NCBI RefSeq assembly: GCF_006345805.1
Contig: NC_043000.1
Span: 7,750,001 to 7,814,000 of the forward strand
Direction of reading: 5' to 3'
Source: Octopus sinensis
Lineage: Eukaryota
DNA: 64,000 bases
Within the stretch, counting starts at the first letter, position 1. Each line of letters opens with the position of its first letter. Below are positions 50,906-64,000 of the stretch, in pieces. Under the pieces are notes generated by a model. That model had not been told where the DNA came from. It ran no database searches and saw nothing but the letters and a program-made list of their open reading frames with translations. Made by a program: the position numbers and the translations under genes.

Positions 50906-52502
50906 CTCATATATGGCATAAAATGCAACCTCTGCGGGATACTTATGTAGGACAGACAGCGCCGGTTAGCCGACCGGTTCGCGAACATCTCAGGGATGTT
51001 CGGCTGCGTTCCAATTCTCCCGTCGCACGTCACTTCTGCTCGGCCAGCCATTCCCCCGGTGACATCTCTGTTTTTGGTCTCGCCCCACACAACGGACCTC
51101 CACAATCCAGGCTTCACTTGGAGCAACGGTTTATTTTCACTTTACAGACTAATACCCCGCACGGACTCAACACAGTCCCCTCCTCTTAGTGACTACGTCT
51201 CCACCTTCCGCAACAAGCAACTTTATTTCTTATTTCTTCCTCATTTTCTTTTTTTTTTTCTTTGTCTTTTTTTTCATTTCTTTCCTTACGTGCTATTACG
51301 TCTTTTATATTATTTTAATAATTTTTTGTTTTTTGTTTTTTTATTATTTTATTGTTTTTATAAATTATTGTCCTTATAGAGAAACACATACACACACACA
51401 CTCATGTATCTACGAACACACACATACCTCCAACACACCACACACATACAACATACATGCACATATACGCACACATACTTCCACACATATACACACACGC
51501 ACACATACACAAATACACACACCCACACACACACATGCACACACACACACGTACATACACACACACCAGCACAGATGCCCACATATACCTCCAACTAACA
51601 ATACTCATACAGATACGCACACACTTATACACACATGGGCACAGACACACGCACATATATGCACGTAAGTGCACACACGCACACAAGCACCCGCACGCAC
51701 ATTACGCCCACACAACTCAAAAAACCCCACACACGCATACACAAATTCACATACACACCGATACATATACATACACACAATATATGCCTACATGCGCACA
51801 CACACATACACTTACATATACACATATAGACACAGACACATACACATGCACTCACGCACATGATTGCACACACCCAAAACTCACAACCCCACGGATACAC
51901 GTATATACACCCAGATATGCTTACACACACACATACAAACGCACACATACACGCACACACAACTGCACGCACATACGACACACACACACAAATGAACCCA
52001 CACATACATCCCATACACACGGCACACAATTATACATACACGCACACACACACATACTTCAAAGTAGCACCACTCCTTCTTCTTCGACCTTCACACTACT
52101 AGCCCTTTGTTCAACAGCCACAACCACACACACACACACACGTGTCATCAATGCACACATACACACACATGCACACGCAGACCTCCGCGCACGCACATAT
52201 CCACACTTACACACACATTCCCCCTCTACCATTCTGCTGTCTTTGACAATACTACTCTTCTGTCTTTGAAAACAACTTTCTTCACCCTTTTCCTTCCAGT
52301 CTTTCAAAATGTGACCTCGTGTGTACCGTTGGCGATTTTTTTTCCTCTGTCTTCTCTTCTCTGGATCTTTCCTTCTATGTTTCCGACGAAGAGCTCCGCT
52401 CGAAACGTTAAACCCTCCTTCTTTCCTTCTTTCCTGAGCGTCCAATAATACTATATTTGTTCCACGTCCTCGCGTTGTGCTTTTTTGTGCTTTCTTGTTT
52501 GG

Positions 52503-52503
<1 letters not shown>
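50906..52503 (+). mobile_element. Penelope-like element 3' end (Neptune-like): GIY-YIG endonuclease, CA-rich tract, hammerhead
   Basis: IYGIKCNLCG/YVGQT/RRLADRF/EHL..PVARHF...HS..D..VFGL...RLHLEQRFIFTLQT..PHGLN (50906-51189, frameshifted); ~850-bp degenerate (CA)n; HHR-like motif at 52379-52413. Confidence 0.9.
52379..52413 (+). ncRNA. Minimal type I hammerhead variant (U4C)
   Basis: GUUU-CCGACGA-A-GAGC ucc GCUC-GAAAC-GUU-AAAC; loop-less palindromic stem III (ACGU) as in dimer-type PLE HHRs. Confidence 0.7.
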
Positions 52504-52558
<55 letters not shown>

Positions 52559-52722
52559 CAACTTATAAACAAGGGCAAAAGAAAAAAATTTTTTCTATGC
52601 CAATATGCTGAGAACAGACTTTAAATCATCAATTTCCACATTTCCTTATACATTCACTATAAATACACGTCGTGCTGAAATCAAGGAAAGCTAGCTAACA
52701 AAATTCTTTTAAGAGTTTGTTA

Positions 52723-52781
52723 TTTCTATATCGAATCAATTTCGGGATTAATCCTATGGATTCTTCTCTCTTCAGTAGAAA
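52723..52781 (-). ncRNA. Type I hammerhead ribozyme with intact core
   Basis: Minus strand UUUCUA-CUGAAGA-GAGA(..AAUCC aua GGAUU..)UCCC-GAAA-UUG auu CGA-UA/UAGAAA; same element family as 29273-29333. Confidence 0.85.
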
Positions 52782-52811
52782 ATACGATAAGAAATAAATA
52801 CTCAAGTCTAT

Positions 52812-53214
52812 TTAAGCATTTTATCTGATCAAATTCATCCTGTGGTTGTGGAACTGTTTCCAGAGGGAAACGCAATCTTTCAGGATCATAATGAATGGCA
52901 TGAGGAACATTATAGTGAAGTTGAACATCATATCTGGCCACCACAGTCCCCAGATCTCAATATTATTGAACATTTATGGTGCATTTTAGAAAAAACTTTT
53001 AAGGAGTCGATATCCTCCACCATCATCACTGCAAGAACAGGAGACTGTTTTAGCTGAAGAATGGACAAAAATTCCTTTGGAAACAATTCAAACTTTGTAC
53101 GAGTCTATATCTCACAGAATTCAAGCTGTAATTACTGCCAAAGGCGGTCCTACTCTATATTAAAATTAATTTGCTTGAAATTTAAGGCGTTTCCATCATT
53201 TTGTTCAACCTCTG
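52812..53214 (+). mobile_element. 3' fragment of the same DD36E Tc1 family
   Basis: Highly similar to the reverse complement of 6364-6797 (WPPQSPDLNIIEHLW; TIR GTTTCCATCATTTTGTTCAACCTCTG|TA). Confidence 0.93.
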
Positions 53215-56200
53215 TATATATATGCCTACATCCATGAGAATGTGAGATATTATTTAACAGTTAAATGTATTCTTTATTATTAAATTCTTAGATCATTGCA
53301 CATTGAAACTTTTCTTCTTCTATATATATATATGTATATTTATAAAACACAAATTTTCTGTAAAGTTCTTTGTTCTCAGAGATCAATACTTCCATCTCTT
53401 TTGTGCCTAATAATCCATTTCCATTGTATTCTACACCATGATGCCACATTAATGAGAAATGAAAAAAAGTAGGTTGCCAATCTTTTTGTTAAACTTTCCA
53501 TTCTATAAGCCTAGAATGAACAAATGGATTTTTACTCTTACATCCTACATTAAGAAAATAATATTGACTATCCAAATTTCCATGTTTGGAAAATTAGTGC
53601 ATGAATTAGGAACAAAAGCATAATTATAAATATCTGTACAGGATATATTGCAAATATTAGTGAAGGATTTATTTCCTATAAGTGACATTATATAAAAGTA
53701 TTGTTTCTGTTGTGATTTTGTTTATTTTTTTATCATTTGATTAATGTTGAATAAACCTTGTGTGTGAGTCATTCATTCTAATGCCTGCATCGTACGCAGA
53801 AATATCATTTCTATAATCATACGAAACAAGTTGGTCTAGTTTGTTTATCTTTGCCCTGAACTGAAGTAGAGAAATGAAATAACATTTACTCTTAAAATAT
53901 AAAATATATGATGGTGGAAGACAGATGAAATGCATGAACGTGTCTGTACTTGCAGCTGATAAGGAGACTGGACTTACATTTTAATAATGCCATTTACCAT
54001 TGGCCATAGTCAAAGAATGCTGTTCATACAAAACTAACAGCAGGACTTTAAATGGATTTACGATCAATAACAAGTTGTTTACGCCTCTTCTATCATGAGC
54101 TTCCAGAAGTCTTAGTTACAGAGTGCAGCCGATTATTCATGTTCACACGAATGGAATTGTGGTTTGAGATTAAATTTCTCCAGACCAAATATGAAATAAA
54201 ATGAATGTAGACGATGTTTATATTGTAAGAGAACCTAATTAAAGAAATAGCTACAAAAAAAGTAGAAGTTATTAATAAATATGAGAACTTGAGATGAATA
54301 AAAAAAGAAGTAATGTCTTTGATTTTGAAAATAATATCTTGATTATAAAGATAATCTTAAAGGTTAACTCAGTAAAATAGGAGATGTATATAAAACGAAA
54401 AATCTTGACAGATTTTACTAAGCAAACACGAAATATAGATTGTGATGATTACAGGATTTAACAGTCAAGAGAAGAGGTTTGTAACGTCTAACTGGATAAA
54501 AGTCACAGACAGAAGAACATATCAATGTTCCAAGTCGTAAAATGAAAATAATCGAAGAAAATTTCTGATCATAAAAGAAAAGAGCTGACTCTTAAACTTT
54601 ATCCTCCTGGGGTAAATTGGTTCTAAGTTAGTCCAGCTTTTTTGCTCAGTACTTTGTATATGTCACTTTTATGCGGAATGATATTGCTCTGGCTTTAAGG
54701 TTTGTTAGTGTTTGAAATAGTAGAATGCTGAACTTGTAGACCTCAATGATCTAAGTTCAAGAAAACCATTGAAACTGGTTTTGCTTTTCATTTTTTAGAG
54801 TCAGTTATATGGCTGTATAGTATAGTACTATATATGGCTGTATAGTATAGTACTATAGTGGTGTTGTTTGAGGTTAGCTCTTTCTTCTCTACCTGTAAAA
54901 CATGACATGTTATCAAAGTAGGAGATAGTTCTTCTGCTTCCTAGAAAGGGTTCAATTAAACACCAAAAAACATATTTATTTCTTGTCAAGTTGACACATA
55001 GCCAATGAGGCTCTTCATCTCTCTCTCTCTTTTCTGTCTCTCTCTCTTTCTTTCTCTCAACTCTTTTTTACCAGTTGCATCAGTTAGCAAAGGTCAGTGC
55101 TTTTTCAAATTACAATACAGTGCCTCTGAGATGCTTTGAGCTTATAGTACTACAGCTGAAATGACCATATTTTTCCTTCACTCAGTCATTGCTTGAGTGT
55201 GTGCGCGCGTGTGCGTGTGCATGTGTGTGTGTGTGTGTGTGCAACTCTCCTGGATGGTCTCCTTGTTTAAGTTGGTGAATGCTGCCATAATCCTTGCTTC
55301 AGTTCATCTTTGGTGTTACAAGGAATTTTGTTAGTCTCTCGTTCAACTGCATCCTGCACATAATTATCAAGGGGGTTGCAGTCTGAGAAGTTAGATGACC
55401 AGATGTTAGAGGTAATGTGGTCGCAGAAAATGCCTGACAGCCATGACTGGATTCTCTTGCTTGTGTGGCATGGTACATGAAATTATAAACAAAACCACCA
55501 GCTCTTGTTTGGACTCAAAGGTCTAGTTATGTCTGGCTGACAAGACACAATATGTCAAAATCCTAGCATCGCATAATCCCTTGCACTGATGAGTCGAGTG
55601 TGTTATGAACATGCTGTCATAAAAAGGAGTTCTTCTTCTGTGACACATACAGCAGTGATTAGCATATTTGCGTTTCAATTTTCCAGAATGTACTAAAAAT
55701 AAATATGCAAGTTATTGTTTATGTGTATGTGTGTATGTGTGTATGTACATACATTTAGGAGAATGACAACAATTTGTCAAAAGATTCAATACAAGAATTA
55801 TCAGAAATATCGAGCAGAGTATAATCTAATCTGCAGTTTATTCAAGAATCTTTACACATATAAATCTGTTTCACAACTGGTAGCACTTCTCCAAAAGAGA
55901 AGGGGGGATAATCTTCAGGAATAAAAAAGAAATTATCAAGAATTGACAAACCATGAAGGGAAAAGCAATTTTTTCTGGAGACGAGTGGGTAGAAGTGAAC
56001 GTGTGTTTCTGCCTCAATAGGCATCATCAGCATAGCAGTTTTCCCACCTCGACTCCATCAGAAAAATGATTTATATAATGAGTTAAGAGAAGTAACACAG
56101 AGTAGCTCATAGCATGTTTTTGTTATTGTTTGTTCGATTATGCCTGCATGTGTATTTGTGCAGAAAAATGGCCACAGTTAAAAGAATTAAACAATAAAAG

Positions 56201-56988
56201 AATAAAAGAATAAAAGAATAAAAGAATAAAAGAATAATACATATATATATATTTATGCATGTGTGTGCACATGTGTAGCATCAAATGTTCTTGTAATCTA
56301 CAAATAGGTGTGTATGTATAAAGATGTATGTGGATTTATTAATTCTATGTTTGTGTGTGTTTATATATGTGTAATATACATACATACATACATACATACC
56401 TATATATATATATACATTCCTTCATTCATTCCTTCTTTTCTTCCTTCTTTCCTTTCTTCATTCATTTATATTGCATAAAGAGGATTCCATTCAATTGTAT
56501 ACTGGATAATTACTTGATTCAGTTAATTGCATAACTTTTCAGAACTTTAAAACCCCTTTGATATTTTCAAAATTTTTGATATATTCCCTTTGACAATCTT
56601 CAATTATCCAAGCAAAAAGAAATTCATATGGCTGGTCTGTTATTTAACATTGTAAAATTGATTGGTTCATTGAATTTACAAATATGGTAAATTTCAATTA
56701 ATTGCAAAGATTCTTTTCCTGATTTTGCATTTAAAAAAATTGGTAGAATCTTGCATAAAATCAAAAACATATGAATATAATAATGATATAATGAACTTAG
56801 TGTATATATTGTTCTGGTGCACTACAAGTTGAGGGGATAGAAAGTAGAAATAAGTCAAGTAAAGAAAGAAAGCAGTGCTAGCCAAAAGTACATGCACAGT
56901 ATATAGAATAAAACACAACACAGAAAAGCAAACAGTAAAAAAGCCATAAAGAGGGAAGGGTGAACAGGCATGTCAGGAATAATGTTAA

Positions 56989-57184
56989 CCTTTTAGCATT
57001 TACCTTATTTTGCTTATTGTTTTGAACTAATCATGCATTATCTTGTAGTTAAGAGATTTTGATGAGGTACCTTAATTTTTAGAATGATATTGTAGGGTTG
57101 GTGTGAGAGACCAGATTGGGCCAGTTTAAACATAAAACAGGTAGAATACTTCGGCCAGATGTGGCCAGTTTAAATGCTAAAGGG
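56989..57184. mobile_element. piggyBac-like MITE
   Basis: TTAA|CCTTTTAGCATTTA ... TAAATGCTAAAGGG|TAAA; 13 of 14 TIR positions match. Confidence 0.8.
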
Positions 57185-58799
57185 TAAAGGAATTTCAGGA
57201 AGCATGAGATCTTTCAAGGATATAGTATCTTGATAGACAACTAGTGATAACAATTCTGAACATGAAAAAATTGAAAGTCATGTGTACTGTGCTGTGGTGG
57301 AGAGATTAAATTTAAAAGGGCAGCCAATGTTGTTGTTGGAAACAGGGTAGATAATCATGTGAGCTTCTACCCAGTCAACTGCTAGATATTGAAGCTTTAC
57401 TGTGATGATGTTCTAAGATTTCATTTTCATTATGGTTTTCATATTTATAAACAATTAATGTCTATGGTCTAAGGTGTCAAATATATTCCAGCACGTGAAA
57501 AAACATTTGAGCGAGGTCGTTGCCAGTGCTGCTGGACTGGCTCCTGTGCAGGATGGCACATAAAAAGCACCATTTGAGCATGATCGTTGCCAGTACACCT
57601 GACTGGCCCTTGTGCTGGTGGCACATAAAAGCACCCACTACACTCTCAGAGTGGTTGGCATTAGGAAGGGCATCCAGCTGTAGAAACTCTGCCAGTTCAG
57701 ATTGGAGCCTGGTGCAGCCATCTGGTTCGCCAGTCCTCAGTCAAATCGTCCAACCCATGCTAGGATGGAAAGCGGACGTTAAATGATGATGATGATGATG
57801 ATATTCAGATTGGTGAATGGATACTATTTCGTTGTTCTACATACCTCTAGTTGTTACCAGTGAGTAATCAAAAGTGTGAGAAAATCATTGCCAGGATGTA
57901 TGAATGATACTTAGCTTGGGTATATGTATGTGTACATATATGAATGTGAGTGTGTGTGTATACTTATACGTGATTATATGTGCATATCCATATATGCGTA
58001 TGTGTGTGTATATATACATGTGTTATATGTACATGTATATATATGTATATGTGTAAGTGTGTGTGTACACATGTATATATATATATATATATATAAATGT
58101 GATACATGAAAAGTAATCAATAATTGCATTTATTATCATATAATTTTGCAAGATTGATTGTTTTGAATTAAGAGAGAACAATTGTAAATTGAAGTGGTGA
58201 AATGAATTCTGTCAGTTCATATCAGTTGGAAAAATGGTAAAATAGCTTATAGGGGTAGAATGTGAGTAAATTATATGTATACAATTGTTGCCTTGTGGAA
58301 TAATGAGTAAAATAACATATACAGCAGCTGCTGTTGAGAAATACGAATCTGTTTTAGGTTGAGTAAACAAAGAATGCCAAAAAGAAATGAAACAAACCTG
58401 AATGGTTAAGAGAAATGATTATCATCCCAACACTTATTAACAAAATAGTTTGGACTGGGCGGAACATAATTATATTATTTGTACACAAAACATACTGGAA
58501 GAAGTAAAACAAATTGTTTTAGTCTTGTTTTGTTATGTATTTCGTATATATGTGTATAATGTCTTATTACTGATAGTATATTGATTTCTCGAAAATTATT
58601 GCTTGCTATGCAAATTTCATTAATTGTGTAACAATTTCACTCACCAAGAATACGCAATTAAATGGATTCTGCTTTGTGTAGTTAAGAAGTGCACTTTGTA
58701 ATTGCATAGTTTCAGGTTCAATTTCATTGTATGGCACCTTCGGCTAGTGTCTCCTACTATAGCCCTAGGTCAACTAGAGACTTGTGAGTGGATTTGATA

Positions 58800-58842
<43 letters not shown>

Positions 58843-59075
58843 GCTAAAGCTTATTTATTCTCTCTGTTTATTTTCTCGAAACGTAAAAAACTTTCTCACC
58901 TTCCCGAGCGTTAAACTAATACTCCTGTTTGTTGTTTATACACTTGTCTTTATCTTTAGTTTTTTTGTCATTTCCAACTACATATATATATATGTATATA
59001 TACATACACCACACACACACATACACATATATACATATATACATACATACATAATACATACATATAAATACATAC

Positions 59076-59117
<42 letters not shown>

Positions 59118-59138
59118 GAATATATATATGTGTGTGTG

Positions 59139-59171
<33 letters not shown>

Positions 59172-59919
59172 ATGTATGTGTGTGTGTGTGTGTGTGTGTG
59201 TTTCTGTGTCTCCTTGTCTTGACATTACATGATAGCTGTTAATGAGCGTCACCACCTTATGAGTGATATTGCTTGTTAGCAATCTTGTGTGAGAACATGT
59301 CTGGTCATGGGGGAAATATTTATCTTGGTTGGAACCAGGTGAGGGTTAATGACAGGAAGGGAATTTGGCTACTAAAAATCTGCTGCAATGAATTTACACT
59401 GACCCCTGCAAGCATTGAAAAAGGGAACATTAAAATGACAACAGTGATGATGATGATTAATATGTATCTTTATGTGTGTGTATATATATATCTGTATGTA
59501 TGTTGCTTCAGAATATGTATTCAAAAACAGCCTTCCAAAAGGTTTGTATCATTCAGTTATTAAGATTTTTCATAGAGTTAATTAATAATTTTTATTTTAA
59601 TAGAGTTTTCTTAAATTGTGTGGCAGAATCAAGAATTTCTAACAAAAACTTATATATGTAAATATATAATTTCATTGAGATATTTAGCTATGGTGTTTCA
59701 CTCATCTGTGGATATTGGCTGTTAGATAAAGCTGTAATCTGGAGATCGTTTGCTCTACCAAATGAATGTCTGAAAATCCACAAGTATATATAGAGATTCA
59801 ATAATGAGAAACACGAAGAATGAAGTGAGCAAGTCATTTTACGACTTCATTTTATAGTTGTTTCAATTCAATTCAAAGCAATCAATTTTGCAACTATTGA
59901 TTACTTTTCATGTGTTACA

Positions 59920-60320
<401 letters not shown>

Positions 60321-60521
60321 TATTGGCATGGAAATAATTTTCTTTTGCCCTTGTTTATATGTTGTATTTATATATACAGATATATAATGATTCACATTCA
60401 AGGTGCAGAAATGGTGTACTCTGAATGAATAAGGTAATGTAATCTGATGGTAGAAAGAATTCTGTGAAGCCAGTTGGAAGGGTCCATGTGAGTGTGAGGT
60501 AAATAGTTAATCCACAAGAAT

Positions 60522-60905
60522 GAAAAAAATCACAAGAAGAAAAAACAATGACGCGAAGATGTGGTACATGCAAATATTAACAGATGCTCAGGGAAGGAAA
60601 GAAAGGTAGTTTTACGTTTCGAGCAGAGCTCTTCTTCAGAAACAGGAGACAGAGGAAAGTTCAAGAGAAAAGGAAGACAGAGGAAAAAAATTGCCAACAA
60701 TCCACAAAATGTAACTACATGTGGATTGTTGACGATTTTTTGCCTCTGTCTTCCTTTTCTCTTGGACTTCCTTCTGTCTCCTGTTTCTGAAGAAGGGCTT
60801 TGCTCAAAACGTAAAACTAACTTTCTTTTCTTCCCAGAGCATCTGTTAACTTTGCAGGTACCATGTCTTCACATGATTTTGTTTCTTTTTGTTGTGTTTT
60901 TTCTT
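60522..60905. repeat. ~185-bp-arm palindrome of a PLE terminus with one hammerhead per arm
   Basis: Arms ~60522-60706 and ~60720-60905. Minus 60609-60643 reads GUUU-CUGAAGA-A-GAGC ucu GCUC-GAAAC-GUA-AAAC (intact core); plus 60783-60817 is the same with GAAA changed to AAAA. Confidence 0.88.
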
Positions 60906-60931
60906 CATTTCTTTTGATTAATTATATATAT

Positions 60932-61000
<69 letters not shown>

Positions 61001-61285
61001 TAGATAGGTATACATACATATATATATATACATCATACACAAAAAGGCTCAAAGGTTCTTCCTGTATCCTAGGCTCATAAGGCCAGTTTCCCAAATTCTG
61101 TGCTGTATATATTCCACCCTGGATGGGACGCCAGTCCTTCACAGGATAACTCACTTTTGCCAGCTGAGTAGACTGGAAAAACGTGATACAAAGTTTTTTG
61201 CTAATGAACACAATGCCTTGCTCAGTGCAGGAATGGAAAACATAATCTTACAATCATGAGAGCAAAGCCCTAACCACGCACATAC

Positions 61286-61318
<33 letters not shown>

Positions 61319-61823
61319 GACACACATCTATATAGGCATGTGAAATATCTAGATAGGTTAATGATGTGCAAGATATGTGTTTCTTCCTTTTGCTCTGGCT
61401 TCACTCCCTCTTCCTGTTTTGTTAAGTTGATTAGCTTCTTATGAAGTGAAGTGAATAGTGCATACCACACTTTGATGATCTAGCTATCACGTTTACGGAC
61501 AGTGCTGTTATTAGGTGTATTGATATATTGATATCTTGTTAAGAACGTGACAGACTTAATCCAGCTCAGCTTGCTTCATTATCATCATAATACATATAGA
61601 ATTATGTTTAGCATCTAAATTTGCTTTTCCTCTAAACTGTTATTTTGATAAAAGAAAAAAACAAAATCTTTTTCGGAAGTTTAAGTTAAAAAAATCTAGG
61701 TTTCCATTTCTGGCTTTCTAGTTTTACTTTCTAAATTGCCTTTTTTATTATGCTTTTTTTTCTGTATCCTAGTTTTTCATGAATGTAGAATGATTTAGAC
61801 ACTCACACGTACACACACGCATG

Positions 61824-61860
<37 letters not shown>

Positions 61861-61988
61861 ACACACATGTGCGCACGCACACACACACACACACACATAC
61901 ACATGCATGTGTATTTCTAATGATATATGTATGTATGTATACTTTTATTCTTGTTTCATATTCATATACACATATATATATACATACA

Positions 61989-62031
<43 letters not shown>

Positions 62032-62754
62032 GCAAATATATCTAAATACATATATGTATATATATATGTATATATGCAAATATATCTAAATACATATATG
62101 TATATGTATACATATTTATATATATGTGCATATGTATATGTACATATGTATATGTATATGTAAGCATATATATACTTGAATGAGCATTGTTATTTATCAT
62201 GGTTACTTGTGCTAAAAATTTGAGCTTGTTAGTAAACATGTTTTTCACTAACGAGCAAAAGAAATGCAGATCTGCATTCATGAATGTCTACCCAAGAATA
62301 TATTTATTCCCACATCTCAGATCGGTACGAATGAGTATCTTTATTAGGCAAAAAAAAAAAGGAAGCAAAAAATGGAAGATGGAAAATAAAAAAATAAACC
62401 ATAGGCATTTATGCTTCATTTATAATCTTTTTCTTTTCATTGGATGTGAGTGTTTTTATTCTGGTAAATCATTTCAAATCATAAGAGGATATCTCATTGG
62501 GCCAAATTCTGTGAGACACTCCAAGATGGCGTTAATATAAACTGCCCTTACGTAGCAAATAAGCATTTAAAAAGCAATTTGTAAATATTGTGGAGTAAAT
62601 GCTTGCTTGAGTACCTAGCAATTAAGAGCTGTGTAGAATGATGTTTGTTGAGCTATAAAATAATCGATTTTAAATTATTGGTTACAAATGTATTTTTTTA
62701 CGTTATTTATATTTAAAAAAATATCTCAGCTGTTTTTATATATATTCACATATT

Positions 62755-63215
62755 CTTTTATTCCTTTATTCTTTACTTGTTTCATTATTCCTTTATTCTT
62801 TACTTGTTTCAGTCATTAGACCACAGCCATGCAGAGGCACTGCCTTGAATTTTTAATTGATTGAGTCAACCACAGTACTTATTTTTTAAGCCGGGTACTT
62901 ATTCTATTGGTATCTTTTTGATGAACTGCTAAGTTACAGGGATGCAAACACACCAACAGAAGTTGTTAGTGGTGGTCGGTGGACAAACACAAGGACACAC
63001 ACACATAGATATACATACATACATACATGCATACATACATACATACATACATGACAGGCTTATTTCAGTTTCTGTCTACCAAATCCACTCACAAGGCTTT
63101 GGTCAGCTTGAGGCTATAGTAGAAGACACTTGCTCAAGGTGCCACGCAGTGGGACTGAACCTGGAACCACGTGGTTGGGAAGCAAGCTTCTTACCACACA
63201 GCCATGCTTGTGCCT
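62755..63215 (-). mobile_element. SINE family A
   Basis: Reverse complement of the family A consensus. Confidence 0.88.
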
Positions 63216-63589
63216 ATGTATATGATTATATATTCTATGCACATGTATGTACATGTATGTATAATGTGCTTATTGTGTATAGTGCTCAGTTGCCCTGCAC
63301 CTCATTGGGGAATGGTAAAAGAGGGGACAGGGATCAGTCATAAGCCAAGTAAAGAGAGAGAGAGAGTAATGATAGCTGGAAGTGCATGCACGGTGCACAA
63401 AACAAAACAGAGAAAGATGAATACGTAACAAGTAAAAGAGCTTATAGAGCAGAAAGGCTGCAGAGGCAGAAGAGAAAGAGAATGACGAATTTCAGGAAGC
63501 ATCGGGTTTTTGAAGGACACAGTGTCCTGACAGTTGAAAACAGAAATGTTAAGTTTATTCCATGCAGTGCATGATGTTGAAAGTGTTTG

Positions 63590-63712
63590 CTTCATGGCAC
63601 TGGGTTCAATCCCACTGCATGGCGCTTTGGGCAAGTGTCTTCTACTATAGCCTCAGGTCGACCAAAGCCTTCTTGTGAGTGGATTTAGTAGATGGAAACT
63701 GAAAAGAGCCCG

Positions 63713-63759
<47 letters not shown>

Positions 63760-63966
63760 TGTGTGTGTTTGTGTGTCTGTGTTGTCCCCCACCATTGCTT
63801 GACAACTGATCTTGGTATGTTTATGTCCCCGTAACTTAGCGATTTGGCAAAGAGACCAATAGAATAATTACTAGGCTTTCAAAGAATAAGTCCTGGGGTC
63901 GATTTGTTCAAGTAATGGCTACAATCAAATGACTGAGACAAGTAAAAGAATATAAGAATAAAAGAA
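63590..63966 (+). mobile_element. SINE family A, 5'-truncated
   Basis: B box GGGTTCAATCCC, core, (AT)n/(TG)n and tail. Confidence 0.88.
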
Positions 63967-64000
63967 TGTAATTAACTTATCCCCTCCCCTGGAATTGCTG

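Noticed and set aside
54806-54855. 25-bp perfect tandem duplication
   Set aside because: Ordinary slippage duplication with no further structure.

Overview
Repeat-dense, AT-rich eukaryotic genomic DNA with no prokaryotic features (no operons, rRNA, CRISPR). The SINE repertoire and (AT)n/(CA)n/(ATT)n/(TAGA)n load suggest an octopus genome (inference from recalled repeat families). Most ORFs in the track are microsatellite or SINE read-throughs. Decayed transposable elements dominate: a DD36E Tc1 (Incomer-type) element plus a second fragment, mariner and maT-like remnants, HERO, RTE, Tx1 and CR1-like LINE pieces, two Penelope-like element (PLE) ORF fragments, Helitron ends, hAT and piggyBac MITEs, and dozens of copies of about four SINE families. 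One likely host terminal exon (25242-25468) ends in the ER-retention-like signal HEEL. The most notable signal is about ten hammerhead-ribozyme (HHR) motifs in short PLE-terminus-like elements. Two retain a full core and show covarying stems, and several lie in fold-back palindromes. PLE-associated HHRs are a known phenomenon, but these particular families may be uncharacterised. I found no evidence for a wholly new protein-coding system.
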